From Candidatus Entotheonellaceae bacterium (GTDB lineage Bacteria; Tectomicrobia; Entotheonellia; Entotheonellales; Entotheonellaceae), in assembly GCA_965238075.1 (NCBI GenBank), contig OZ250173.1, forward strand, positions 96,001 to 160,000: 64,000 bases of DNA, read 5' to 3'. A program made the translations under genes and the position numbers. Positions 28,881 to 39,354 of this stretch are shown one piece after another. The notes beneath the pieces were generated by a model. It saw nothing but the letters and a program-made list of their open reading frames with translations. It did no database searches and was not told where the DNA came from. The stretch's first letter is position 1; each line of letters begins with the position of its first letter.

Positions 28881-29942
28881 ATGCCTGATAGAAGAGCGGC
28901 CCATTTTGCTCGTGAAACTGCAGCGGCGCGGCGCGGCGCTCTGCTGCGGGGCCTGATCGCTCTGACCCTGCTGGCGCTCATCGGCTGGCCGGTGATCGCC
29001 CTGTCACAAACGCTGATCGTCTATTCCGGTCGGGGAGAGAGATTCACCAAGCCCGTGTTGGAGGCTTTTACGAAGCAGACAGGTATCGCCGTGCAGGTGC
29101 AAACGGGTGCCTCCGGCGCGTTGCTGGCCAAGCTGCAGGTGGAAGGCGAGCGTAGCCCGGCGGATGTCTTCATTACCAATTACGTTGGTGTGCTGGAGGA
29201 GGCGCGGCGGCATGGCTTGCTAGCGCCGGTGATCGCACCGACGCTGACGCAGATCGCCCCCGAGTTTCGCGCTGTGGATGATACCTGGCTGGCATTCTCG
29301 GCGCGCCTGCGGGTCATCGTGTACAACACCGGCATGATCCAGCCCGGCGCCATCACCTCGCTGCTGGAGCTTGCCGATCCCAAATGGCAGGGTCAGGTGG
29401 GCACGGTGACGAGCGGCAACCAGTCGTTTATCGGCGGCCTCAGCGCCATCTATGCGCTGCAGGGCGAGGCGGCCACCGAGGCGTTCCTGCGCGGCCTCAA
29501 GGCTAACTCGGAGGGCCGGGTGCTGCCGAAGCACACGCCGGTGGTTTCGGCCGTGGCGGCTGGGCAGTTTCCCCTGGGCTACGTGAATCATTATTACTAC
29601 TACCGTCATAAAGCCAAGGAACCGGACGCGCCGCTGGACATCCTGATACCGGACCAGCAGGACGGCCAAATGGGCGCCGTGGTCACGGTTGCTGGCGCCG
29701 CCGTTCTTAAGGCAGCCAAGAACCCGGAGGCGGCTCAGGAATTTATGGCTTTCCTGATTTCTCCCGCCGGCCAACAGATATTTGCGGCGGTCAACTACGA
29801 GTACCCCGTCAACCCGAGCGTTCCTGCCCATGAGGCCGTCGTTCCGCGCGACCGCATCAAGATCGCGCCGGTCAATCTGTCGATGGCGCACGCCAGCCGA
29901 GACAAGGCGATTGGGTTGATCGACAAGGTTGGGTTGGACTAA
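28881..29942 (+). CDS. fbpA: Fe3+ ABC transporter substrate-binding protein (FbpA/FutA-like)
   Basis: VYSGR, EGERSPADVF, R.RVIVYN, LADPKW, VNHYYY, NYEYP. Confidence 0.88.
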   Translation: MPDRRAAHFARETAAARRGALLRGLIALTLLALIGWPVIALSQTLIVYSGRGERFTKPVLEAFTKQTGIAVQVQTGASGALLAKLQVEGERSPADVFITNYVGVLEEARRHGLLAPVIAPTLTQIAPEFRAVDDTWLAFSARLRVIVYNTGMIQPGAITSLLELADPKWQGQVGTVTSGNQSFIGGLSAIYALQGEAATEAFLRGLKANSEGRVLPKHTPVVSAVAAGQFPLGYVNHYYYYRHKAKEPDAPLDILIPDQQDGQMGAVVTVAGAAVLKAAKNPEAAQEFMAFLISPAGQQIFAAVNYEYPVNPSVPAHEAVVPRDRIKIAPVNLSMAHASRDKAIGLIDKVGLD

Positions 29943-29945
29943 ACC

Positions 29946-31574
29946 GTGCACGGGCTTGCTACCGCCCAGGTTTCATGGCCGCGCCATGCCGGCCCTTGGC
30001 ATCTCAAGCCGCTGAGCCTGATCGCGTTGGTCGTGGCACTGCTCACCGTTATGCCGCTGGCCTACGTGGTGGGCAATGCTCTGCTGGTGTCGGGCGACGT
30101 GTGGGTGCAGCTATGGCAGGGTCGGGTGCCGGAACTATTGTTCAACACGCTGCGTTTGGCGGCGGGGGTGGCCGCGGTGACTCTGGTATCGGGGGTTGGT
30201 CTGGCATGGTTGGTGGTGCGCTACGACTTTCCCGGACGCGGGGTGTGGACCTGGCTGCTGGCGGCGCCGCTCGGCATCCCGCCCTACATCATGGCCTATG
30301 TGTATACGGAGATGTTCGCCTATTGGGGTCCCTTGCGGCCCCTTGTGCAGGGCGTCCTGGGAGCCGACGCTCAGCTGCCGGCTCTGTACGATTCATTTCC
30401 GGGCGCTGTGCTGATCCTCAGCCTCGCCACCTATCCTTACGTTTATTTGTTGAGTCGCGCCGCCTTTCTGCGGACCAACGTGGCCTACGAGGAGGCCGCA
30501 CGGCTGTCCGGTGCGGGGCGCTGGCGCGCCTGGCTGCGGGTGGTGCTGCCGATGCAACGGCCAGCGGTTGCGGCGGGATTATTTCTCGTCTGCCTGTACG
30601 TCATGGCGGACTTCGGCGCCGTGTCGATTCTGCGCTACTCGACGTTCACGCGGGCGGTGTACGTGCAGATGACCGGGCGCTACGACCTGACGGGCGCCGC
30701 CGCCCTGAGCCTGATGCTGGTGGTGCTAAGCCTCGCCTTCTTTGCGGCTGAGCGCCATTTTCGCCGCCGTAGCCGGTTCTTTCAGACTACCGCGGGATAT
30801 CGTCCCGGCAGCCGCGCGGCGCTGACGCGCTGGCATGCCGCCTTGGCATGCTGCGCCTGTACGGCTGTGCTCGGGCTGGCCTTCGGCGTCCCGGTGGCAT
30901 ACCTGGGCGTGGAGGCCGCGACCCACATCAGCGAGGGCGCTCTGGACGGCGCCTTCTGGGGCTACGCGCGCAACAGCTTCCTGGGCGCGGCCGCGGCCGC
31001 TACGGTTGCCGTCGCCTGCGCCGTGCCGATGGCCTACGTCGCCCTGCGCCGTCCGAGTCGCGGCCACAGCCTGTTACTGCATGCCGCCTACGCCGGCTAC
31101 GTGTTGCCGGGACCGATCGTCGCCTTGGGTCTGATCTTCTGCACGGCGCACCTGATGTCCCCGATCTACGGGACCGTGGCGGTCGTCGTGCTGGCCTACA
31201 TGGTGCGTTTCTTTCCGCAGTGTTTGCAGGCCGGGGAGGCGGCGCTGCACCAGATCACCCCCGCGCTTGAGGAAGCCGGGCGCTGCGCGGGAGCTCCCCT
31301 CTGGCGGGTGTTGTGGCGGGTCACGCTGCCGCTCATGCGCCCGGGATTGATCACCGGCTGGGTTCTGGTCTTCGTCAACGCGATGAAGGAACTTCCTGCC
31401 ACGCTGTTGCTTCGTCCTGTCGGTTTTGACACCCTGGCGGTCCGTATCTGGATCGAAACCAGCGAGGAATTTTACGCCCAGGCGGCGCCGGCGGCGTTGC
31501 TGCTGATTTTGGTAACGCTTCCCCTCTTGGCCTTCGCGCTGTCTTACGGCAGTGTGGAAAGGAGCACGGCATGA
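29946..31574 (+). CDS. fbpB: Fe3+ ABC transporter permease (FbpB-like)
   Basis: Duplicated permease, YPYVYL, EEAAR..G, DFGAV, KELPATLLLRP.GFDTLA. Confidence 0.9.
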   Translation: MHGLATAQVSWPRHAGPWHLKPLSLIALVVALLTVMPLAYVVGNALLVSGDVWVQLWQGRVPELLFNTLRLAAGVAAVTLVSGVGLAWLVVRYDFPGRGVWTWLLAAPLGIPPYIMAYVYTEMFAYWGPLRPLVQGVLGADAQLPALYDSFPGAVLILSLATYPYVYLLSRAAFLRTNVAYEEAARLSGAGRWRAWLRVVLPMQRPAVAAGLFLVCLYVMADFGAVSILRYSTFTRAVYVQMTGRYDLTGAAALSLMLVVLSLAFFAAERHFRRRSRFFQTTAGYRPGSRAALTRWHAALACCACTAVLGLAFGVPVAYLGVEAATHISEGALDGAFWGYARNSFLGAAAAATVAVACAVPMAYVALRRPSRGHSLLLHAAYAGYVLPGPIVALGLIFCTAHLMSPIYGTVAVVVLAYMVRFFPQCLQAGEAALHQITPALEEAGRCAGAPLWRVLWRVTLPLMRPGLITGWVLVFVNAMKELPATLLLRPVGFDTLAVRIWIETSEEFYAQAAPAALLLILVTLPLLAFALSYGSVERSTA

Positions 31575-32629
31575 CTCCGGTATTATCGCTGCAGGCAATC
31601 GGCAAGGCGTTCGAGCCTGGCATGCCGGTGCTGCAGGACGTCTCGCTGCGCATCGAGCCCGGTGCCATGGTCTGTCTGCTTGGTCCCAGCGGCTGCGGCA
31701 AGACCACGCTGCTGCGCCTGGTCGCGGGATTCGAGGAGCCCGACGCCGGTGCAATTCACTTGGGGGGCCAACTGGTCAGCCGTCCCGGCCACGTGGTGGC
31801 GCCGGAAAAACGCCACATAGGCATGGTTTTTCAAGACTACGCCCTCTTCCCACATATGACGGTGGCCCAGAACATTGTGTTTGGCCTGTTTCGCCGCCCG
31901 GCTACCCACCGCGACCGCCGCCTTGCCGACCTGCTGCAACTGGTGGGTCTGCAGGACATGGCCAAACGTTATCCGCACGAGCTCTCCGGCGGCCAGCAGC
32001 AACGCGTCGCTCTGGCTCGCGCTCTGGCTCCCGGTCCGCAACTCCTGCTGCTCGATGAACCGTTCAGCAATCTGGACGTCAACCTGCGTCGCCAGCTTAG
32101 GCAGGAGATGCAGGACGTTTTGCGGCGTACGGACATGACCACCATTCTCGTTACCCACGATCAGGAAGAAGCCCTCAGCTTGGCTGACACACTCGCTATT
32201 CTCGATCAGGGCCGCGTCGTGCAGTACGACACCCCGGAGGCCATCGTGCAGCGCCCCTGCACCCGTTTCGTGGCCGAGTTCCTCGCCCTCGGGCACTTCC
32301 TACCCGGCGAAATCCGCGACCACTGCATCGTCACCGAAATGGGTCCCGTCCGCCTCGACCCCGACATGCCCACTGTCCCGGACGGCTGCCGCGAAGTCGA
32401 CCTCCTGATTCCGCCCGAATGCCTCACGCTGTGCGACAACGGCCACGGCACCCGCGCCCGGGTAACGCAGATTACCTTTCAGGGCACCCGCAAGCTCTAC
32501 ACTGTCCGCCTTCCCTCCGGGGCCCACTTGCAAGGCCTCTGCGCCCACGATGCCCCCCTGCAAACCGGCGCGCAAATCAACGTGCGCTATGAACCCACGG
32601 TTCTGATTACCTTCCCCAGCGAGCCTTGA
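31571..32629 (+). CDS. fbpC: Fe3+ ABC transporter ATP-binding protein (FbpC-like)
   Basis: GPSGCGKTT, VFQDYALFPH, LSGGQQQR, DEPFSNLD, C-terminal TOBE-like region. Confidence 0.9.
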   Translation: MTPVLSLQAIGKAFEPGMPVLQDVSLRIEPGAMVCLLGPSGCGKTTLLRLVAGFEEPDAGAIHLGGQLVSRPGHVVAPEKRHIGMVFQDYALFPHMTVAQNIVFGLFRRPATHRDRRLADLLQLVGLQDMAKRYPHELSGGQQQRVALARALAPGPQLLLLDEPFSNLDVNLRRQLRQEMQDVLRRTDMTTILVTHDQEEALSLADTLAILDQGRVVQYDTPEAIVQRPCTRFVAEFLALGHFLPGEIRDHCIVTEMGPVRLDPDMPTVPDGCREVDLLIPPECLTLCDNGHGTRARVTQITFQGTRKLYTVRLPSGAHLQGLCAHDAPLQTGAQINVRYEPTVLITFPSEP

Positions 32630-32653
32630 ACGACGCGTCATTGACTTGGTTTT

Positions 32654-32917
32654 AATGTGCCAGGCTATCGCAATGCAAGCGAGAGAAACCGAAATGGCCG
32701 AGTACATGGGCGAACGTTTTCTCGGTATCGAGAAGCGCATGGAGCAGGGATTTGCGCATGCCGAAATGGCGCGGGAACAGGACTTTGTTCATATCAACCC
32801 GCGTCTGGACGACATGAACAAGCGCTTCGACGCCTTGAGGAATACGATGCTGATGCTTTACATCCCCGTTGCCTGGCCATTTCGGGCGCGGTGGTGACGT
32901 ATCTTTTCTTCCAGTGA
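32654..32917 (+). pseudogene. Small coiled-coil/C-terminal TM protein (DUF1640-like), apparently frameshifted
   Basis: ERF..IEKRMEQGF...RLDDMNKRFD heptads. Hydrophobic tail MLMLYIPV continues as LAISGAVVTYLFFQ in another frame (~32871). Confidence 0.5.
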
Positions 32918-33014
32918 CATATAAACCCCTCCCCCACCAGAGCAGCGTGCAGCGCAAATAACGTCAAAATACCCACTCATAAAGAGGTTGCCAGCAGATG
33001 CCTCCGGTTGTATA

Positions 33015-33033
33015 AATGATAACGGTTTTCATT
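33015..33033. promoter_or_regulatory. Second Fur-box-like operator, upstream of the XRE gene
   Basis: AATGATAACGGTTTTCATT. Its 15-bp core is 13/15 identical to the box at 28799-28813. Confidence 0.75.
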
Positions 33034-33079
33034 ATTATATTTCCGGCGAGTAACTCCGCCGGCGCCGGAGGGACCCCCT

Positions 33080-33328
33080 ATGGATTCGGTTGTTGCAGAC
33101 ATACAGGAGAGCCTGCTTCAGGACTTCGGCAGCCGGCTGCGGCAAATGCGCAAGATGCGGCGGCTGCGGCAACTGGACATGGCCTCGTTCGGGTTGAGCT
33201 ACAAGTACTACCAGCGGATCGAGGCGGGCCAGGTGAACCCCACCTTGATCACCCTGCATCGGCTGGCATCGGCGTTCAATGTGTCGGTGTACGATTTCTT
33301 CCGCCCGGAAGTGACGACGGAAGCATGA
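33080..33328 (+). CDS. XRE-family helix-turn-helix regulator (82 aa)
   Basis: FGSRLRQMR...Q.DMA...YYQRIEAG.VNPTL.TL.RLA.AF; GGAGG RBS. Confidence 0.9.
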   Translation: MDSVVADIQESLLQDFGSRLRQMRKMRRLRQLDMASFGLSYKYYQRIEAGQVNPTLITLHRLASAFNVSVYDFFRPEVTTEA

Positions 33329-33608
33329 GGCTGCCCAATTTACGCAGGCCGTACACCGTTCGGCGTTAAGCGCTCCGCTTCAGGCTCATTGAACAAAGTG
33401 CCTGACACGTCCTTCCTCCCTACGTGCAGGCGCGCCCGGCAGGGGTCGGCGGAGGCCCCTGCCACTCCCTGAATCACCCTGAGCGGTGCGATCCGCAACA
33501 ACGCACCGCTCTCCCAAACCTGGGTGCAATTTCCGGCCACTCACCTTATACTGCCCTGTCTTTTCGGACAGCCAGTCAACCCGCCCAATAAGGTGAATCC
33601 TCGCTCTG

Positions 33609-34730
33609 ATGCTTGCCTACATCATTCGCCGCTTGATTCTGATCGTGCCCACCCTGTTCGGCATCATGCTGATCAATTTTTTCGTCATTCAGATTGTGCC
33701 GGGCGGACCGGTTGAGCAGTTGCTGGCAGAGCTCTCGGGCGAGGCCATCGAGGCGACCGCTCGCTTCGGCGGTGCGGCGTCGGACGACCCCATGGGGCGA
33801 CAGACCCAGGAGCAGGCTACGGGCGGCGCCTCAACCAGCGTCACCAGCAAATACCGCGGCGCCCGCGGGCTCGATCCGGATCTGGTGCGCGAGATTGAGG
33901 TCATGTACGGGCTGGACAAGCCGCTGCACGTGCGCTTTGTGGACATGATGCGCTCGTATCTCACCTTCGACTTCGGCGACAGTTTCTTTCAGGACCGGCC
34001 CGTGGTGGATCTCGTCCTGGACAAAATGCCGGTGTCCGTCTCCCTCGGCCTGTGGACCACCTTTCTCGTTTATCTCATCTCCATCCCGCTCGGTATCAGC
34101 AAGGCGGTGCGCGACGGCACCCGCTTCGACGTGACCACCAGCAGCGTCATCACCGTCGGCTACGCCATCCCCAGTTTCCTGTTTGCTCTCATTCTCATCA
34201 TCCTTTTCGCCGGCGGGCGTTACGTGTCGTGGTTTCCGCTGCGCGGCCTGACGTCGGAAAACTGGGCCGAACTGAGCGCCATGAGCAAGGTGGTCGATTA
34301 CCTGTGGCACCTGGTGCTGCCCATCATCGCCATGGTGATCGGCGGTTTCGCCACCCTTACCCTGCTGACCAAAAACTCCTTCCTGGACCAGATCGGCATG
34401 CAGTACGTCATGACCGCCCGCGCCAAAGGGCTGAGCGAGCGCCGGGTGTTATACGGCCACGTGTTTCGCAACGCCATGCTGATCGTCATTGCCGGGTTTC
34501 CGGGCGCCTTCATCAGCATTTTCTTCTCGGGCGCGCTGCTCATCGAGGTGATCTTCTCGCTCGACGGCCTGGGCCTGCTGGGGTACGAGGCGGCCATCAA
34601 ACGCGACTACCCCATCATGTTCGCCTCCCTCTACTTCTTCTCCCTGTTGGGCTTGGTGATGGGCATCGTCAGCGACCTGATGTACGCCTTCATTGATCCG
34701 CGTATCGACTTCGCCTCCCGGGAGGTGTGA
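33609..34730 (+). CDS. yejB: Peptide/microcin C ABC transporter permease
   Basis: MLAYIIRRL, PGGPVE, SKYRGARGLD, LTKNSFLD, HVFRNAML. Confidence 0.92.
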   Translation: MLAYIIRRLILIVPTLFGIMLINFFVIQIVPGGPVEQLLAELSGEAIEATARFGGAASDDPMGRQTQEQATGGASTSVTSKYRGARGLDPDLVREIEVMYGLDKPLHVRFVDMMRSYLTFDFGDSFFQDRPVVDLVLDKMPVSVSLGLWTTFLVYLISIPLGISKAVRDGTRFDVTTSSVITVGYAIPSFLFALILIILFAGGRYVSWFPLRGLTSENWAELSAMSKVVDYLWHLVLPIIAMVIGGFATLTLLTKNSFLDQIGMQYVMTARAKGLSERRVLYGHVFRNAMLIVIAGFPGAFISIFFSGALLIEVIFSLDGLGLLGYEAAIKRDYPIMFASLYFFSLLGLVMGIVSDLMYAFIDPRIDFASREV

Positions 34731-34733
34731 GCC

Positions 34734-35759
34734 GTGACGCCCTTGAATCAGCGACGCTGGGCCAATTTCCGAGCCAACCGGCGCGGCTACTACTGCCTGT
34801 GGATATTCACCCTGCTGTTCGTGGTCACCCTGTTCGCCGAATTTCTGGCTAACGACAAGCCGCTGCTCGTCTACTTCGACGGCGACCTGCTGGTGCCGGT
34901 GGTGGCGCAATTTCCCGAGACCCGCTTCGGCGGGGAATTTCCGACCGAAGCCGATTATCGTGACGAGTACGTCGTCGAGCTGATTGAAGCCAAGGGCTGG
35001 ATGGTATGGCCCCTCATCCCGTTCGCCTACGACACCATCGTGCGCGGCCGGCGGGCGCCGGCGCCGCCGTCGGCGGTGAACTGGCTGGGTACCGACGACC
35101 ACAGCCGCGACGTGCTGGCGCGCCTCATTTACGGCTTCCGCATTTCGGTGCTGTTCGGCCTCGTGCTGACGGTGTTTTCCATGCTCATCGGTGTCTCGGC
35201 GGGCGCCGTGCAGGGCTATTTCGGCGGCTGGCTCGATCTCACCCTGCAGCGGCTGATGGAGGTGTGGTCGTCCATGCCCACGCTCTATCTGTTGATCATC
35301 CTGTCGAGCGTCGTGCAGCCGAATTTCTGGTGGCTGCTGGGCATTCTGCTGCTGTTCAGTTGGATGGGCTACGTCGGGGTGGTGCGCGCTGAGTTTCTGC
35401 GGGCGAGAAACTTCGACTTCGTGCGGGCGGCGCGAGCGCTCGGCGTGTCGAACGCGGTGATCATGTTCCGCCACGTCCTGCCCAACGCCACGGTGGCCAC
35501 CATCACCTTCCTGCCGTTCAGCCTCAGCGGCGCGGTAACGGCCCTCACGGCGCTCGATTTTCTGGGCTTCGGCCTGCCGCCCGGCTCGGCCTCGCTGGGC
35601 GAAATGGTGACCCAAGGTCGCAACAATCTGCACGCCCCGTGGCTTGGGCTGACGAGTTTCTTCACTCTGGGAATCATGCTGATCTTGCTGATTTTTACGG
35701 GCGAAGCGGTGCGCGACGCCTTTGACCCCCGCAAGACCTTTGCGGCCCGGCCGGAGTAA
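34734..35759 (+). CDS. yejE: Peptide/microcin C ABC transporter permease
   Basis: LNQRRW.NFRANRRG, ANDKPL, NWLGTDD..RDVLARLIYGFR. Confidence 0.92.
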   Translation: MTPLNQRRWANFRANRRGYYCLWIFTLLFVVTLFAEFLANDKPLLVYFDGDLLVPVVAQFPETRFGGEFPTEADYRDEYVVELIEAKGWMVWPLIPFAYDTIVRGRRAPAPPSAVNWLGTDDHSRDVLARLIYGFRISVLFGLVLTVFSMLIGVSAGAVQGYFGGWLDLTLQRLMEVWSSMPTLYLLIILSSVVQPNFWWLLGILLLFSWMGYVGVVRAEFLRARNFDFVRAARALGVSNAVIMFRHVLPNATVATITFLPFSLSGAVTALTALDFLGFGLPPGSASLGEMVTQGRNNLHAPWLGLTSFFTLGIMLILLIFTGEAVRDAFDPRKTFAARPE

Positions 35760-35776
35760 TCCCCCTCGGAGGTCGT

Positions 35777-37405
35777 ATGGCGGCGTTGTTGGACATACAG
35801 GACCTGGCGGTGGATTTCCGTACCGAAGGCGGCGCCGTGCATGCCGTTGCGGGACTGTCCATGTCGATTGACCGCGGCGAAACCGTCGCCCTGGTCGGTG
35901 AATCCGGCTCCGGCAAGTCGGTCACGGCCCTAAGTGTTTTGCAACTGCTGCCCTACCCCACCGCCTCGCACCCCGGCGGCAGCATCCGGCTGGACGGCCA
36001 GGAGCTGCTTGGCGCGCCCGCTTCAACGATGCGTACAGTGCGCGGCAACCGCATCGCCATGGTCTTCCAGGAGCCCATGACGTCGCTCAACCCGTTGCAT
36101 TCCATCGACAAGCAGCTCGGTGAAACGCTGCGGCTGCACAAGGGCATGGGAAAGACGGGTGCACGACAACGAACCCTGGAATTGCTGCACCTGGTCGGTC
36201 TGGCCGAGGCCGAGAAACGCCTGACTGCCTTCCCGCACGAACTTTCCGGCGGCCAGCGCCAGCGCGTCATGATCGCCATGGCGCTGGCCAACGAACCCGC
36301 CCTGCTGATCGCCGACGAACCCACCACCGCGCTCGACGTCACCATTCAGGCGCAGATTCTGCAACTGCTCAAGAGCCTGCAGCGCCGGTTCAACATGGCA
36401 ATGCTGTTCATCACCCACGACCTGACCGTCGTGCGCAAGGTGGCCGACCGCGTCTGCGTCATGCAGCACGGCGTGATCGTCGAGACTGGCGCCACCGCCC
36501 GCATTTTCGAGACCCCCGCCCACCCCTACACCCAGCAGCTAATCCAAGCGCAGCCGAGCGGCACGGCACCGGCCGCCGCCGCCGCGGCGCCTCTGATACG
36601 GACCGAAGACCTCCGGGTCTGGTACCCCATCCGCGCCGGCCTGTTGCGCCGTACCGTCGATCACGTCAAGGCGGTGGACGGCCTGACGCTCACCGTGCAC
36701 GCCGGCCAGACGGTCGGGGTGGTCGGGGAATCCGGCTCCGGCAAGACCACCCTGGGCCTGGCGCTGCTGCGGCTCATTGCCTCGCGGGGCGTCATTCATT
36801 TCCGCGATACCCTCATCCAGGGATTGAAGTCGCGCGCCCTGCGGCCGCTGCGGCGGGAAATGCAGATCATCTTCCAGGACCCGTTCGGAAGCCTGAGCCC
36901 GCGTTTGTCGATTGCCCAGATCATCGAAGAGGGTCTCAAGGTGCACGGCACCGTAAGCACCGCCGAGGCGCGCGACGAAATCATTATCGCCGCGCTGCAA
37001 GAAGTAGGGCTCGACCCGGTAAGCCGGCACCGCTATCCGCACGAGTTTTCGGGCGGCCAGCGGCAGCGGGTGGCCATTGCCCGCGCTCTCGTGCTCAAGC
37101 CCGCTTTCATCGTCCTGGACGAGCCGACGTCTTCGCTCGACGTCAGCGTGCAGGCCCAGATTCTACTCCTGCTGCGCCAACTCCAGCGCGACCACAATCT
37201 CGCTTACCTGTTCATCAGCCACGACCTGAAGGTCGTGCGGGCGATGGCCAACTATCTGGTGGTCATGTACCGTGGCAAGGTCGTTGAAGAAGGCCCGACC
37301 GAGGCGATTTTCGAGCACCCCCGGGACGCCTACACCCAGCGCCTGTTGGCCGCCTCGCTTGACCTGGATTCCCCTCCGGACAATACAGTGGAGGGTGATC
37401 AGTAG
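35777..37405 (+). CDS. yejF: Dual-domain ABC ATPase
   Basis: Two GESGSGK Walker A motifs, two SGGQRQR signatures. Confidence 0.92.
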   Translation: MAALLDIQDLAVDFRTEGGAVHAVAGLSMSIDRGETVALVGESGSGKSVTALSVLQLLPYPTASHPGGSIRLDGQELLGAPASTMRTVRGNRIAMVFQEPMTSLNPLHSIDKQLGETLRLHKGMGKTGARQRTLELLHLVGLAEAEKRLTAFPHELSGGQRQRVMIAMALANEPALLIADEPTTALDVTIQAQILQLLKSLQRRFNMAMLFITHDLTVVRKVADRVCVMQHGVIVETGATARIFETPAHPYTQQLIQAQPSGTAPAAAAAAPLIRTEDLRVWYPIRAGLLRRTVDHVKAVDGLTLTVHAGQTVGVVGESGSGKTTLGLALLRLIASRGVIHFRDTLIQGLKSRALRPLRREMQIIFQDPFGSLSPRLSIAQIIEEGLKVHGTVSTAEARDEIIIAALQEVGLDPVSRHRYPHEFSGGQRQRVAIARALVLKPAFIVLDEPTSSLDVSVQAQILLLLRQLQRDHNLAYLFISHDLKVVRAMANYLVVMYRGKVVEEGPTEAIFEHPRDAYTQRLLAASLDLDSPPDNTVEGDQ

Positions 37406-37488
37406 TGGTTACCAAACAGCAACTATGTTCAGAAGAATCCGGCTGAATCCAATCAGTCCGTACGAACACCAATATGGAGGAATGACGC

Positions 37489-39327
37489 ATGAACCGATTT
37501 GGATGGTGTCTTGTCATGGTGGCGCTCGTGCTGCCGGGAATCAGCGCGGCGCAGGACGGCGGCGAGGTGCATCGGGCGCACGCCATCGCCATGCACGGGA
37601 CGCCGAAGTACGGCGCGGACTTTGAGCATTTCGAATACACCACTCCCGACGCCCCAAAGGGCGGCAGGGTCGTCTTCAGCGCGTTTGGGAGCTACGACAG
37701 TCTGCATCCGTTCATATTGAAAGGACAACCGGCGGCCGGCGTTGGCAACCTGTTCGAATCCCTCACCATGAGTTCGTCGGACGAGGCCTTCTCGCGCTAC
37801 GGCCTGCTGGCGGAATCGATCGAGTGGCCGGAGGACCGCTCGTGGGTGGCCTACACCCTGCGCCCGGAAGCGCGTTGGCACGACGGTCAGCCGGTGACCG
37901 TGGAGGACGTTATATGGTCTTTGGAGACTCTGAAATCCCAGGGGCACCCCGGCTTTCGCCAGTATTTTGCCAACGTTACCGGTGCCGAAAGAACCGGCCC
38001 GCGAACCGTGCGCTTCAGCTTCAGCGGTCCGACCAATCGCGAGTTGCCGCTCATCATCGGCGAGTTGCCCATCCTGCCCAAGCACTACTGGCAGGATCGC
38101 GACTTTCAGGCCACAACCCTTCAGGCGCCCCTTGGGAGCGGCCCCTACCGGGTGAAAGCGGTCGACCCGGGGCGGTCGATCACCTACGAGCTCGACCCGA
38201 ACTATTGGGGTAAGGACCTGCCGGTGAACCGCGGCAAGGACAATTACGGCATCATGCACTACGAGTACTACAGGGACCGCGGCGTGCAGCGCGAGGCGTT
38301 CAAAGCCGGCAAGATCGACTTCTTCTCCGAAAACGTCGCCAAGGAATGGGCCACGGCGTACGACTTGGCGACGGTCCGCAACGGCGTGATCAACAAGCGC
38401 CTGATCCCGCACGAAAATCCGCAGGGCATGCAGGCGTTCGTCTTCAACACCCGGCGTGAGATGTTCAAAGATCGCCAAGTCCGCGCCGCGCTGGCCTACG
38501 CCTTCGATTTTGAGTGGACCAATCAAAACCTGTTTTACGGCGCCTACACGCGCACCAGAAGCTATTTTTCCAACTCGGAGCTGGCGTCCAGCGATCTGCC
38601 AAGCGACGCCGAGTTGGCCGTTCTGGAACCCTACAGGGATCAATTGCCGCCCGAGGTGTTTACCCGGGCGTATGAGCCGCCCATGACCGACGGCAGCGGC
38701 AATCTGCGCGGCAATCTGCGCACCGCGCTGCGGCTCCTGAAAGGCGCCGGGTGGGATATCCAGGACGGCGCGCTGACGCACGGCGACAGCGGCCTCGTGA
38801 TGCAGTTCGAAGTCATGCTGATGTCGCCCGACTTCGAGCGCGTGGTGCTGCCGTTCACCAAGAACCTGGAACGTCTGGGTATTGTCGCGGACGTGCGAAC
38901 GGTGGACACGGCGCAATATCAGCAACGTATGGACAGTTTCGACTTCGACGTGGTCGTCGGCGGCTGGGGCCAGTCGCTGTCGCCAGGAAACGAGCAGCGC
39001 AACTATTGGCATTCACAGGCGGCGGACATCCAGGGCAGCCGCAACACCGCGGGCATTCAGAATCCGGTTGTGGATGACCTGATCGAACTGGTGATTTCGG
39101 CGCCGGACCGCGACAGCCTGATTGCCCGCACGCGGGCGCTGGACCGCGTGCTGCTGTGGAACCACTACGTCATCCCGCACTGGCACCTGGCCGCCTACCG
39201 CGTCCTGTACTGGGACAAGTTCGGCACTCCGGAGATCATGCCGAAATACGACCTCGGCGTGCAGTACTGGTGGATCGCCCCCGACCTGGACGCCAGTCTG
39301 GCCGAGCGCTGGGACGCCGTGCAATAG
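37489..39327 (+). CDS. yejA: Peptide ABC substrate-binding protein
   Basis: HAIAMHG.PKY, DAPKGG, YGLLAE, SPGNEQRNYW, RALDRVLLW. Confidence 0.92.
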   Translation: MNRFGWCLVMVALVLPGISAAQDGGEVHRAHAIAMHGTPKYGADFEHFEYTTPDAPKGGRVVFSAFGSYDSLHPFILKGQPAAGVGNLFESLTMSSSDEAFSRYGLLAESIEWPEDRSWVAYTLRPEARWHDGQPVTVEDVIWSLETLKSQGHPGFRQYFANVTGAERTGPRTVRFSFSGPTNRELPLIIGELPILPKHYWQDRDFQATTLQAPLGSGPYRVKAVDPGRSITYELDPNYWGKDLPVNRGKDNYGIMHYEYYRDRGVQREAFKAGKIDFFSENVAKEWATAYDLATVRNGVINKRLIPHENPQGMQAFVFNTRREMFKDRQVRAALAYAFDFEWTNQNLFYGAYTRTRSYFSNSELASSDLPSDAELAVLEPYRDQLPPEVFTRAYEPPMTDGSGNLRGNLRTALRLLKGAGWDIQDGALTHGDSGLVMQFEVMLMSPDFERVVLPFTKNLERLGIVADVRTVDTAQYQQRMDSFDFDVVVGGWGQSLSPGNEQRNYWHSQAADIQGSRNTAGIQNPVVDDLIELVISAPDRDSLIARTRALDRVLLWNHYVIPHWHLAAYRVLYWDKFGTPEIMPKYDLGVQYWWIAPDLDASLAERWDAVQ

Positions 39328-39354
39328 GACACATGGGCAGAGGAGGCCCGCCGA

